From NCBI RefSeq assembly GCF_004010195.1, contig NC_057751.1, positions 10,224,589-10,288,588 on the forward strand: a DNA stretch of 64,000 nucleotides, read 5' to 3'. The position numbers and the translations under genes are program-made. Below the pieces are notes generated by a model, which saw only the letters and a list, made by a program, of their open reading frames with translations, had not been told where the DNA came from and searched no databases. This stretch comes from Chiloscyllium plagiosum (lineage: Eukaryota). Positions within the stretch are counted from its first letter, which is position 1, and each line of letters starts with the position of its first letter. Positions 52,244-63,842 of the stretch are shown here, piece by piece.

Positions 52244-53256
52244 GTAAGTACACCAGTATTATCATGTTCACTGCACCTGTGAACCTGTTTTCATTAGGTA
52301 CTTGATATCCAGTACAATAGTCCTGTGGTTTGAGTAAATTAGCAATATGTGCAATTTTAACTAACTGTTTAGATCCAATTCAAAGGAGTAGAGGCCAGAT
52401 TTTTGCCGCTGACCAGAAAATATTTTTAGCAACTGAAATTACCTCCTGAACAAATGATTTATAGTGAAGGAAGAAAAACATTGCTCATTTATCAATTTGC
52501 AACTTCAACTTCTCTCATTTTTCAAGTCCCACATAGACATATACATAGTAGGAAATGCTGACCTGATGTAAAAATCATGGGTAGGAGGAGAACTAAGTCA
52601 TAGAATTCACTTTCTTATCAAAAATCAAGATCATCAAACTCCCTGTTTTGCTCTTAAAATCTTGTTTGTTTCTTCAGTAATAAAACAGTGTTATTTGTAG
52701 AGCAATCATCAGCCTTTAGCGAACTGGTTGATTGAGCCTTTTACTTTAAGTTGTTTCCTTTTACTTGAAGTTTCAAAGTAATTCTTTCAGCCTCTGTCGA
52801 TTGTAGTTATGTTGCTCTTTTGACAGATTGGTGGTGAACAACATTCCAGAAGGGAACAGGAAGAGATGTGTTGTTGCAGTAAGGATTTGAATGTTTGTCT
52901 TTCTGTTCACATTCTCCTGATATCGGCTGTGTCAACTGCAGCTGGATACCTTTGGAGACTTTTTTGTATGCTGAGGTCTCCTGTCGGCAGAAAACTTGGC
53001 ACCACAACAACTTGAGACAGTAACAGATGCATGATGTACACTAGTTAGCTTCACTTAATTTTCCCAGTTGCAAATGTCACCCTGGACATTTACCTCATGT
53101 TGTTTAACCCAAATGGAGAGGCAACTTTGCACTCAAGTCTATCATGTTGTTTACCTGCCTTGTATTCCTCACCTGTGGCTGCTTTAGTTTATCAGGGTCT
53201 TAATTGATGGAAGTTAACTTTTTTAAATGAGTGATGATGAAATGTTTGCCTTCCAG

Positions 53257-53322
53257 ATTGATGCGTCAGTCGAGAAAGAAGTGGTATTGGCCAATGCTCC
53301 AGATTTTCCAGGGGCAAGAGTG
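53257..53322 (+). CDS. Aminopeptidase-like gene exon 4
   Basis: ccttccag / gtgagt; IDASVEKEVVLANAPDFPGARV. Confidence 0.85.
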
Positions 53323-53352
53323 GTGAGTGAGCATTTCAGGTGGGAGCAGACC

Positions 53353-55400
53353 TTATAAGAAATAGGAATGGAAGTAAGGCCATTCAGCCCATCGAGTCCA
53401 CTCCGCCATTTAATCATGGCTGATGGGCATTTCAAGTCCACTTACCCGCATTCTCCCCGTCGCCCTTAATTCCTTTTGACATCAAGAATTTATCAATCTC
53501 TGCCTTGAAGACATTTAGCGTCCCGGCCTCCACTGCACTCTGCGGCAATGAATTCCACAGGCCCACCACTCTCTGGCTGAAGAAATGTCTCCGCATTTCT
53601 GTTCTGAATCGACCCCCTCTAATTCTAAGGCTGTGTCCACGGGTCCTATCTCCTCGCCTAACAGAAACAATTTCCTAGCATCCACCCTTTCCAAGCCATG
53701 TATTATCTTGTAAGTTTCTATTAGATCTCCCCTTAATCTTCTAAACTCCAATGAATACAATCCCAGGATCCTCAGCCATTCCTCGCATGTTAGACAGAGA
53801 GAGAGACAGAGAGCTGGGAGCCCGGATGTAGAGGTAGGAACTGGAGATTGAGAGGGAGCCAGTGACATCTGTGGGATCAGACTGTGCAGCAGTCTCTGTC
53901 CATCTTTTTTCCCCTTTGTCCCTAAGGAACACCTGCACAAATGCCCTGGAGCTTAAATGACTGACCTCCATCAACTATGACCATCTTTGTACTGGTACCT
54001 GTCAGGTATAACTCCGACCACCGGAGAGTTTGCCCCGATACTCATTGATTCCAGTTTTGCTAGGGGTCCCCGATGCCACACACTGTTATGTTAGACCTGC
54101 CATTCCAGGGATCATCCGTGTGAATCTCCGCTGGACATGCTCCAGTGCCAGTATGTCCTTCCTGAGGTGTGGGGACCAAAACTGGACACAGTACTCCAAA
54201 TGGGGCCTAACCAGAGCTTTATAAAGTCTCAGTAGCACAACGGTGCTTTTATATTCCAACCCTCTTGAGATAAATTACAACATTGCTTTCGCTTTCTTAA
54301 TCACGGACTCAACCTGCATGATTACCTTTAGAGAATCTTCAACTAGCACTCCCAGATCTCTTTGTACTTTGGCTTTATGAATTTTCTCACCGTTTAGAAA
54401 GTAGTCCATGCTTGTATTCTTTTTTCCAAAGTGCAAGACTTCACATTTGCTCACATTGAATTCCATCAGCCATTTCCAGGACCACTCTCCCAAATTGTCT
54501 AGATCCTTCTGCAGCCTCCCCACTTCCTCAGTACTACCTGCCTGTCCACCTAACTTCGTATCATCGGCAAACTTTGCTAGAATGCCCCCAGTCCCTTCAT
54601 CCAGATCATTAATATATAACGTGAACCACTGTGGCACCAACACTGAACCCTGTGGGGCACTGCTTGTCACCGGCTGCCATTCCGAAAAAGAACCTTTTAT
54701 CCCAACTCTCTGCCTTTTGTCAGACAGCCAATCCTCAATCCATACCAGTAGCTCACCTCGAACACATGGGCCCTCACCTTGCTCAGCAGCTTCCCGTGTG
54801 TGGCACCTTCTCAAAGGCCTTTTGGAAGTCAAGGTAGACCACATCCACTGGTTTTCCCTGGTCTAACCTACTTGTCACCTCTTCAAAGAATTCCAACAGG
54901 TTTGTCAGGCATGACCTCCCCCTACTAAATCCATGTTGACTTGTTCCAATCCTACCCTGCTCTTCCAAGAATTTAGAAATCTCATCCTTAACGATGGATT
55001 CTAGAATTTTACCAACAACCGCAGTTAGGCTGATTGGCCTATAATTTTCCATCATTTGTCTTGATCCTTTCTTGAACAAGGGGGTTACAACAGCGATCTT
55101 CCAATCATCCGGGACTTTCCCTGACTCCAGTGACTTTTGAAAGATCTCAACCAACGCCTCCGCTATTTCCTCAGCCACCTCTCTCAGAACTCTAGGATCT
55201 AGCCCATTGGGGCCAGGAGATTTATCAATTTTAAGACCTTTTAGCTTTTCTAGCACTTTCTCTTTTGTAATGGCAACCATACTCAACTCAGCCCCCTGAT
55301 TCCCTTTAATTGTTGGGATATTACTCATGTCTTCCACTGTGAAAACTGACGCAAAGTACTTATTAAGTTCTCCAGCTATTTCCTTAACTCCCATCGCTAG
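53353..55400 (-). mobile_element. Relatively young 5'-truncated CR1 (RT region) starting 30 nt after the exon 4 donor
   Basis: 215- and 189-aa ORFs with NYRPISLT, SQHGF, VYLDFQKAF, PQGSVL, KFADDTKLG; interrupted by a 292-bp insert. Confidence 0.93.
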
Positions 55401-56319
55401 GACCACCTTATCACCTCGCTGGAATTGCACAGCATTTGTTTAATACAGTCTTTAATGAGAACCTATTTTTAATGATAAGGCCAGCAGTTGTTTGCCCCGA
55501 GTTGCTGATGAGAAAGGAGTTCCAGCATTTTTACCAACGGTTCCTGAATGAGTAGCGACTTAGTTTCAAGTCAGACAGTTTGTTGCTTAGGAGGGAACAT
55601 AAGAGAATGCTCCTGTTCCTTTGTACCTCCTGCCCGTGTCCTTTTTGAGGTGGTCTCATTTGCACCTGAGGAAGGTGCTGTCTGAGGAACCTTCGTAATG
55701 TACTGCTGTGTGTCTTGCAGCTGATGCACACTGCTGTTACTGTGTGCTTGTCATGGAGGGTTGAAAGGGTATTCAAGGGTTCGAGTTTCCTGTGTTGTGT
55801 TTTGCGTCTGAATTCTTTTTATTTCATTGTAAACTGGCTTGTCACAACACAGACTGGAAATGGCATTGTTGCATGTCAGGAAAGGAAAATATTCTCCACT
55901 GCTTTGCTGAAGAATAATCAGCACACCAACTGAGGAATCTCAGTTGCCTGAGATATGCAAGAATATGGTCACACTGGAAGGTTTACAGATCAAAATTTTT
56001 TTTCTCTTTTTCAAAGTTCAGATTTCTTTTGTTTATGGAACATGTAACCATACTGGACACTAAATTTAAAAAAAAAAGTCAAAGGAAACTAATTAGTATC
56101 TTCTTCCTGGATGACATTTTAAAAAGAAGCATATTTTAAGTTTATACAGTATTTGATGACTTGGGTTCTGTTTTTCATTGGTGTGATGTCTTTGCAATTA
56201 CACAGCACTAGACAACTAATATTGGCACTTGGCTGTATTGTTATTGGTACTGTTGAGTTTTATTAGTCCTGTGCTTAAATACAAGAACATCAATGACCTA
56301 ATTTCAGACTGGCAGTGCT

Positions 56320-56960
56320 GTGAAGAGTGGAACAAGAATTATGCAATTAATGGTAGGGTCATCGTTAGTGTTGTCCAACAGAGACATTGGAAATATAATG
56401 CTTTAAAATTTGCCTCCCAGTTGGTGTACCTTGTTGAGGTCGTACAGGATATAAGTGAGGCCCAGTTTGGATGACTGTGTGTTTTGCCTGGTTGCCTGCT
56501 ATAGGAAGGATATTATTGAACTGGGGAGGGTTCCGAACAGATTTACTAGGATGTTGGTGAGAATGAAGGGTTTGAGTTCAAGTGGACTGGAAAGGCTGGG
56601 ACTTTGTTCACTGTGACCTTTCTTGAGGTTTAAAAAATCATGACGGGCATAGAGAACATGTGTGACAAGGGTCTTTTCACATGTGTGGACAAGTTCAAAA
56701 CTCGGCAGATTTTTAAGGTGAGAAGAGAAAACTTAAAAAGGACATGAGCGGCAACTTTGTTGCACTGAGTGTTTCATGTGTGGAGTGCCAGAGGAGGAGG
56801 TGGGATATGAGTATGGTTATATCGTTTCAAAGACTTTTGAATAAGCACGTGAATAAGAAATATTCCGAGAGATATGGGCCAAGCACAGGCCAGTGGGACT
56901 AGTGTAGTTTGAGAAGATGGTCAGCGTGAACTTTGAGGTGGATACTCTATGGAAATGTGT
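56320..56960 (+). mobile_element. Old CR1 3' fragment
   Basis: ctataggaaggatattattgaactgg and tttaaggtgagaagagaa match CR1 3' regions elsewhere in the window. Confidence 0.65.
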
Positions 56961-57830
56961 GTAAAACTTCATTGAGTGGTGTCTCTCCAGGAAGAAGCTC
57001 CAAGTGCCTTCTAAAACATGAATAGCTATCGGAAAAGGTGACTCAACCTTCAAACATTGAATAAGTGAGGTCCTACTGAAAATTGACGAACAGTTGCTCT
57101 TGGGGAACCAAGTGGGAACGTTGCCAAATCCTTGGGCTCAAGTTGTTGAGTTGTTTGCCCTGGACCTTTCCTCCACCCAACACACCAATTCTTCTTTGTG
57201 TCTCTGTCTTTCTGCGTGCATGGAAAGGTATTAGGAACTTTTAGAATTTTAGCTGGTCAGGTTATATGTAGATTTTCATGTCTTGGTTTGCAATTGATTT
57301 TTTGGGACAATCAATACTTGCGTCTTGTCTTGTCTTTCTCTTCTCCCCCCCCCCCCCCCCCCCGCCCAACTGATTTTGCAGTGTAAACACAACTTGCTTC
57401 AACATCCCAGCTTTTGGTCTGTGAAGTCACCCACTTCTTCAAGAGCTCTTTCAAATCTGGGCTGTTTAATCCTGCTTCTCCATAATCTATTTCCCTCTGC
57501 CTTAAAAAGACTGGAATAACACTGCTTTTCTGGAGGAGCATTTCAAACCTGAATGAAAGCAAATCACCTGACCTCTATCTTCAGTGTGCAATGCTTTATT
57601 TTTTATCTGTGATCCCAAAGTTGTAGATAATCTGACAAGAGGCAATATCCTTTCCATATGAGCACTGCCAAGACTCAGGATCTTGTGTTTCAATCAATTC
57701 AGCTCTTGGTCTTCTAAACTAGACTAGATACAAAGAGAAAGTGAGGACTGCCGATGCTAGAGATCAGAGCTGAAAATGTGATGCTGGAAAAGCGCAGCAG
57801 GTCAGGCAGCATCCAAGGACCAGGAGAATC

Positions 57831-57858
57831 GACGTTTCGGGCATGAGCCCTTCTTCAG
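57831..57858 (-). ncRNA. Minimal hammerhead ribozyme motif
   Basis: CUGAAGA-a-GGGC-UCAU-GCCC-GAAACGUC: full core with GUC cleavage triplet; activity untested. Confidence 0.7.
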
Positions 57859-58398
57859 GAATGAGGAAAGTGTGCCAAGCGGGCTAAGATAAAAGGTAGG
57901 GAGGAGGGACTTGGGGGAGGGGTGTTGGAAATGCGATAGGTGGAAGGAGGCTAAGGTGAGGGTGATAGGCCAGAGTGAGGGTGGAGGCGGAGAGGTCAGG
58001 AAGAAGATTGCAGGTTAGGAAGGTGGTGCTGCGTCGTGTTGCTATGGTCTGGCGATGGAGGAATCCAAGGACCTGCAAGGGGGAGGTGTGGGCGCAAGTT
58101 TTGCATTTCTTGCGGTTGCAGGGGAAGGTGCCGGGAGTGGAGGTTGGGTTGGTGGGGGGGTGTGGACCTGACGAGGGAATCATGGAGGGAGTGGTCTTTT
58201 TGGAATGCTGATAGGGGAGGGGAGGGAAACATCGTATCATCCGTCCTCCATGATTTCCTCGACAGTTCCACACCCCCAACCAACCCAACCTCCACTCCCA
58301 GCACCTTCCCCTGCAACTGCAAGAAATGCAAAACTTGCGCCCACACCTCCCCCTTTACTTCCCCCCAAGGCCCCAAGGGATCCTTCCATATCCGCCAC

Positions 58399-58852
58399 NN
58401 NNNNNNNNNNNNNNNNNNNNNNNNNNNNNNNNNNNNNNNNNNNNNNNNNNNNNNNNNNNNNNNNNNNNNNNNNNNNNNNNNNNNNNNNNNNNNNNNNNNN
58501 NNNNNNNNNNNNNNNNNNNNNNNNNNNNNNNNNNNNNNNNNNNNNNNNNNNNNNNNNNNNNNNNNNNNNNNNNNNNNNNNNNNNNNNNNNNNNNNNNNNN
58601 NNNNNNNNNNNNNNNNNNNNNNNNNNNNNNNNNNNNNNNNNNNNNNNNNNNNNNNNNNNNNNNNNNNNNNNNNNNNNNNNNNNNNNNNNNNNNNNNNNNN
58701 NNNNNNNNNNNNNNNNNNNNNNNNNNNNNNNNNNNNNNNNNNNNNNNNNNNNNNNNNNNNNNNNNNNNNNNNNNNNNNNNNNNNNNNNNNNNNNNNNNNN
58801 NNNNNNNNNNNNNNNNNNNNNNNNNNNNNNNNNNNNNNNNNNNNNNNNNNNN
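58399..58852. other. Assembly gap
   Basis: Run of N. Confidence 1.
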
Positions 58853-59014
58853 CTTATTCCTGACCTATCCCCCCCCACCCCCACTCCGGCCTATCACCCT
58901 CACCTTATCACCCTCACCTTAACCTCCTTCCACCTATCGCATTTCCAACGCACTTCCCCCAAGTCCCTCCTCCCTACCTTTTATCTTAGCCTGCTGGACA
59001 CACTTTCCTCATTC

Positions 59015-59598
59015 CTGACGAAGGGCTCATGCCCGAAATGTCGATTCTCCTGCTCCTTGGATGCTGCCTGGCGTGCTGAGGGTTGGGACTGACCCCCCAC
59101 CTTTTCTCAGTCCCAACCCTCAGACTCAGCACCACCTTCTTGATCTGCAATCTTCTTACCGACCTCTCCGCTCCCACCCCCTCTCTGGCCTATCACCTTC
59201 ACCTTAACCTCCTTCCACCTATCGTATTCCCAACGCCCCTCACCCTCCTCCCTACCTTTTATCTTAGCCTGCTGGACACACTTTCCTCATTCCTGACGAA
59301 GGGCTCATGCCCGAAATGTCGATTCTCCTGCTCCTTGGATGCTGCCTGGCGTGCTGAGGGTTGGGACTGACCCCCCACCTTTTCTCAGTCCCAACCCTCA
59401 GACTCAGCACCACCTTCTTGATCTGCAATCTTCTTACCGACCTCTCCGCTCCCACCCCCTCTCTGGCCTATCACCTTCACCTTAACCTCCTTCCACCTAT
59501 CGTATTCCCAACGCCCCTCACCCTCCTCCCTACCTTTTATCTTAGCCTGCTTGGCACACCCTCCTTATTCCTGAAGAAGGGCTTTTGCCCGAAACGTC
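59015..59598 (+). ncRNA. Three minimal hammerhead motifs spaced 278 bp apart (59015, 59293, 59571)
   Basis: CUGACGA..GAAAUGUC twice and CUGAAGA..GAAACGUC once, each with the GGGC/GCCC stem II. Confidence 0.7.
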
Positions 59599-59778
59599 GA
59601 TGCTGCCTGACCTGCTGCGCTTTTCCAGCAACACATTTTTAAGCTCAAATACCTGCCTTTACTGACTTGTTGCACGACTCTGAAAAGGCAAATTCTCCGA
59701 ATTTAGGATGCGTATCTGTAGGATGCGTATCTGTCCAAATGGTGAGATAATTGGATTGTTGTCTTTTTTCTTGCACAG

Positions 59779-59861
59779 ATCTTTTCACCCACAGGACCCC
59801 TCAACAGGGATTATGATGATGTTCGGAGATTCAGTGATGCAGCTGTAGTAGGCATCAAACG
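59779..59861 (+). CDS. Aminopeptidase-like gene exon 5
   Basis: ttttttcttgcacag / gtatgt; IFSPTGPLNRDYDDVRRFSDAAVVGIK(R). The TGPLNRDYDDVRRF motif is recalled from W07G4.4-like aminopeptidases. Confidence 0.9.
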
Positions 59862-60029
59862 GTATGTGGTCCAGTGTTGGGTATAGTCAGTCTCTCTCTC
59901 TTTATATGTTTCCTTTATGTTTACTTGAATGAATCTGAAATCATGAAACTGGTGTTGTCTTTGTACTTTTTTTTGAAAAGAAGCAAAATAATTGTAAGTC
60001 GTTTTATGAAATACTATTTGTTATACAGA

Positions 60030-60840
60030 TCTGCAGCATATAGAAAGGCCTATCGGCCCATCACATCCATGGTGGCCAAAAACAATTACCAAATTATTCT
60101 AATCAGTTTCCAGCTCTTGGCCCACAACCTTGCATGCCTTGGCGCTATAAGTGCTTATCAAAATGCTACTTCAATGGTTGGACAGTTTGTGCTCCTCCCA
60201 CCCTTCACAAGCAAAAGTGCTCCAGATTGCCATCACCCTCTCAGTGAAAAGATTTTCCTCACATCCTGTCATGACATTGTGTCTCTTCCCTTAAATCTCT
60301 GCCTCTGGTGACACCAAGGAGACATGTTTTATTCCTGTCTGCCCTATCTGTGCTGTTTTCTAAATTTTTTATCTCGATCAAGACTCCCCTGAATCTCTTC
60401 TGCTTGAGTCTGTCCAATCTAAAACTGTGTGTAACCAATGCAACATTCTGGTAAATTTCCTCTGCAGCCTGTCCAATACAGTCTAGGCCCTCCTATATTG
60501 TAGATTCCTGAACTGCCTCCCCCCTCAGTACTCCTGTTGGGGGCTAATCAACGTTCATGCATAACCTAGCTACTCTAAAACTTGATGCTTGACTGATCAA
60601 GGCAAGTAAACCTTCTTCACGCTTGGTCCATCTGACATGCTCATTTAACAGACTGATGTATATGAACACCAAGATCCCTCTGAATCTCTGTTTCCCAGCA
60701 CCCTAATGTTCATCATGTATTCCCTTGCCTTGTTTTTCTTTCCTAAGCCATCATATGGCACTTACCCAGATATAATTCCATTTGCCACTGATCAGCTCAT
60801 CTGACCAGCCTGTCTCTATCACCCCACCAATTTTTCACAG
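60030..60840 (-). mobile_element. Old CR1 3' fragment
   Basis: ggcctatcggcccatc tail and aattccatttgccac RT remnant. Confidence 0.6.
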
Positions 60841-61065
60841 CGATAACTAGACTGCATGCAAGAAATGTTGGCCAGTCTGCTTTTCCAGCTTTTTTTCTAA
60901 ATACACTTTACTCAGACGGTGAAAATGCGAGGTTTTGTTTGTGATGCAGAGAGGTTTTCGGCCTGCTTTTATCATATACCATACGGGGACAATAAAATGG
61001 AAAGATGTGCTTGAAAAAGAAGTGATATTGCACCAAAGCTCATGGGTCTTTTGTGTCTTTCCTAG

Positions 61066-61174
61066 TGCTTTGAAATCTGGCATGATGAAGCCCCTCCTCG
61101 TTTGTCCCCCTGACGAGCTTTTCAAAGAAGCTCCATTAGTGACTCTGCTTGGAGCTCTGCATGCCTTGTATGTG
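61066..61174 (+). CDS. Aminopeptidase-like gene exon 6
   Basis: tctttcctag / gtgagt; ALKSGMMKPLLVCPPDELFKEAPLVTLLGALHALYV. Confidence 0.9.
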
Positions 61175-61309
61175 GTGAGTAGGGTATTGCATTAAAGGAA
61201 AGAAATGTTTGCAGTTAAGTTGGAATGGGATGAATTGAAGGCTCTTTGTACTTGCTGACTGCTTACTGTGAAATAATTTGGCCTCGTCTAGCAAGAACAA
61301 GTGCTGTTA

Positions 61310-61610
61310 TTGCTGGACTGTTCATCCTGGGACCTGGACTCATTGGTGGCAAATGGTGAAATTTGAATTCAATTTTTAAATCAAAACTGGAATTACAGGT
61401 TGAATGGTGACCATGAATCTTGACGATTGTCAGAAAAACTCATCTGGTTCACTAATGTCAATAAGGTAAGGAAACTGCCATCCTTGCCTGGTCTGGCCTG
61501 CATGTGACTCCGTACCCACAGCCAATGTGGTTGACTCTTAACTGTCTTCTGGACAATTAGGGATGGACACTAAATGATACTTCAAGCTATGCTGTTATCC
61601 CATGAATGAT
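61310..61610 (+). mobile_element. Second SINE family (unclassified); related pieces at about 35490-35700 (+) and 62410-62600 (-)
   Basis: Core catctggttcactaatgtc..aaggaaactgccatcctt..ggtctggcct..gtgactcc recurs; its tail resembles the LINE tail at 9690. Confidence 0.6.
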
Positions 61611-61619
61611 GAAAGGAAA

Positions 61620-62400
61620 CAAAAAGAATCCAGTGTTTGTGACCATTTCTTAACGTGATTTGGATTGAATCAAATTTGCTGAAGATGGGCATCTGTATTG
61701 CTTGGAGTCACTGGAAGAAACAGAGGTGGATTATCCACTCAGCGCTTCTGGCTGGCGCTGCCTGTGAATGTGTCAGCCTTCTCACTTGCACTGATGTGAT
61801 GGGTCCTTCCATCATTGAATATTTGTGGAACTGTCTCCTCTAGTGAGTCGTCTTATTGCCCACCACCATTCATCATTGGATATGGTAGGACTGCAGAGCT
61901 TAGATTTGATCTGTTTGTTGTGGGATTGCTGAGTTCTCTCACTTGTTGCATATACTGTTTGCCATGCAAGTAGTCCTGTTTTGGTAGCTTCACCAAGTTT
62001 ATTGCCCGTTTTTAAGAATGCCTGCCTGGTGCTGCTCCTGATGTGCCCTCCTACACTCTGCATTGAACTGGGGTTGATCCCTGGCTTGATGGTCATGGTT
62101 GAGTTTGGGATTTTCTCGGCCATGAGATATGAATGTTGTGCTGGAGTACAATTCTGCTGCTGTTGATGGCCCACAGCGTTTTGTAGGTACCTGGTCTTGA
62201 GTTCCTAGATCTGTTTGTAGTCCTAGCCGTGCAGCACAGTTACAGTGCCACACACAAGTGCAGGTATTTTCAATGCAAAGGCAGGACTTTGTCTCCACAA
62301 GGACTGTACGGCAGTCACTGTTAGGGAAACTGTCACGGACAGATGCATTTGCAGCTGGTAGACTGGTAAGGATGATTTAAGTATGTTTTCCCTCTTGTTA
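61620..62400 (-). mobile_element. CR1/L2-group LINE ORF2 fragment
   Basis: SHNKQIKSKLCSPTISNDEWWWAIRRLT, a linker-type sequence of non-LTR ORF2. Confidence 0.65.
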
Positions 62401-62752
62401 CTTCCCAGATAGGGGTCTGGAGTAGCACGTAGACGAGATGAGGATGGCAGATTTCCTTCCCTGAAGGACATTAGTGAACCAAATGGGTTTTTCTGATAAC
62501 TGACCAAGGGTTCATCGTCATCAAGACATTGGATTTGATACCTGGTCCCCAAGACATTTGCTAAGTCTTGCGATTAATACCTCCTGAGCCACCACCTCCT
62601 GGATACAAGGTCCATTATGGCAGCCAAGAAGTTTTGAACATAAGACCACTTAAGTTTTCTGGTTGAGCTGATGACATGTTGGATCATTTGTCTTAATTCA
62701 AAATGATCTTACAGAGATTGGTAAATCTATTCCAATGTTCATTGTATTGCAG

Positions 62753-62877
62753 CCATTGGAGATTCGTGAGACATGCCCAGAAAAGGCAGCTAAAGTAGAT
62801 TTTCTGGTAGTATGGGCCTCAAGTCAGGAGGAAGGGAAGAAGCTTGTACTGCTGTCATCAGCATTGGAGAGTGGCAG
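62753..62877 (+). CDS. Aminopeptidase-like gene exon 7
   Basis: ttgcag / gtaaga; PLEIRETCPEKAAKVDFLVVWASSQEEGKKLVLLSSALESG(R). Confidence 0.9.
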
Positions 62878-63742
62878 GTAAGAATTTCCCAAGGATTGTG
62901 TAGGTTTAAAAAGCCATCTCTTAGCACTGGGATAAAATTGGTTACTTAATGTACTGATTAACCAACTCCATACTTGTTATTTGGGTCTGTTATTATATGC
63001 ATGTTGCAACCACATAATAACTAATTTGGGCTGTTAGCGTAAGTTTTATTTGTCTGTCTTGCAACAGAATGTTCCTTGTGTTCTGGGCATTACTGCTACA
63101 TCTGCAGTTTGTGTTCACTTGCTGTTTGGTATTGTATTTTCCAGTCCAGAGTTCAGTTGCTGCTGCTGGCACATATAATCTTACTGCTCCTGATTATAAT
63201 GTTTGCTTAGTCACTCTAACGCTCTTGACTGTAGAAAGCTGTAGAATTGCAGCATTTCAAGTTGAGTTTAAGATCTATACACAGCACTAGTATATAACTA
63301 ATTCACTCAACTGGTATTCCCTCTGGTCATTGGTCAGGCTACTTGAATGTAAGGGTAGTTATTTTGCTTGTAGCTTGGGGTTATCTGCAATTATTACTGA
63401 ATATCCATTGAAGCGTCACATCTTTCATATACTTTTTTTTAGACTTGAAAACTGCTTGAGTCAACTACAAGTTACTGACCATTGGTCGCAAATGTGGCAA
63501 CCATCATCCACTTTTACTGAGACATGTAATCTCCTCTTGTTAGTTACTATCAGCCTGACTTTGCCACTCTGTGGTCAGGACTCCTTACTTCTGTACTCCT
63601 GTGAGGGACGTCACGACATGTCTTGAAGCTCGCATATCAACTTGATCATTTTTCCATCATGCTCTTAAATTAGGACTACAGCTGCATTGCTAACAAATCG
63701 GTTCATTTCTCTGACTTAATATCATCACTTTTGTCTTTACAG

Positions 63743-63842
63743 AACTGTATGCAGGGATATTGGTGGATCTGACCCAGAGAGAATGGCTGCTCCAAAAGTG
63801 GCTGACTATGTTCAGAGTCTTTTTAGTAATTCTGTTGTAGCT
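63743..63842 (+). CDS. Aminopeptidase-like gene exon 8 (start of M17 catalytic domain; gene continues beyond window)
   Basis: tttacag / gtaagt; TVCRDIGGSDPERMAAPKVADYVQSLFSNSVVA, with the RDIGGSDPERM motif. Confidence 0.9.

Larger units (their letters stand above)
57735..59646. mobile_element. Penelope-like element in inverted configuration spanning an assembly gap; four hammerhead motifs
   Basis: PGTFPCNRKKCKTCAHTSP and GPKGSFHIRH (region preceding the GIY-YIG domain) read on opposite strands; pLTR on - (57735-58030) and tandem pLTRs on + (58853-59646). Confidence 0.88.

Noticed and set aside
54275..55430. Possible active reverse transcriptase gene
   Set aside because: 5'-truncated, frameshifted and interrupted CR1 copy.
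46334..57363. Poly-C runs at about 46334-46351 and 57345-57363
   Set aside because: Simple homopolymers with no supporting context.
58036..59092. Long ORFs of 198-295 aa in the track
   Set aside because: Artefacts of translating through the N gap.
58965..59550. CRISPR-like regular repeats
   Set aside because: Eukaryotic DNA; units are whole tandem duplicates with no unique spacers and no cas genes.
59704..59733. 15-bp tandem duplication taggatgcgtatctg near the exon 5 acceptor
   Set aside because: Ordinary micro-duplication with no evident effect on splice signals.
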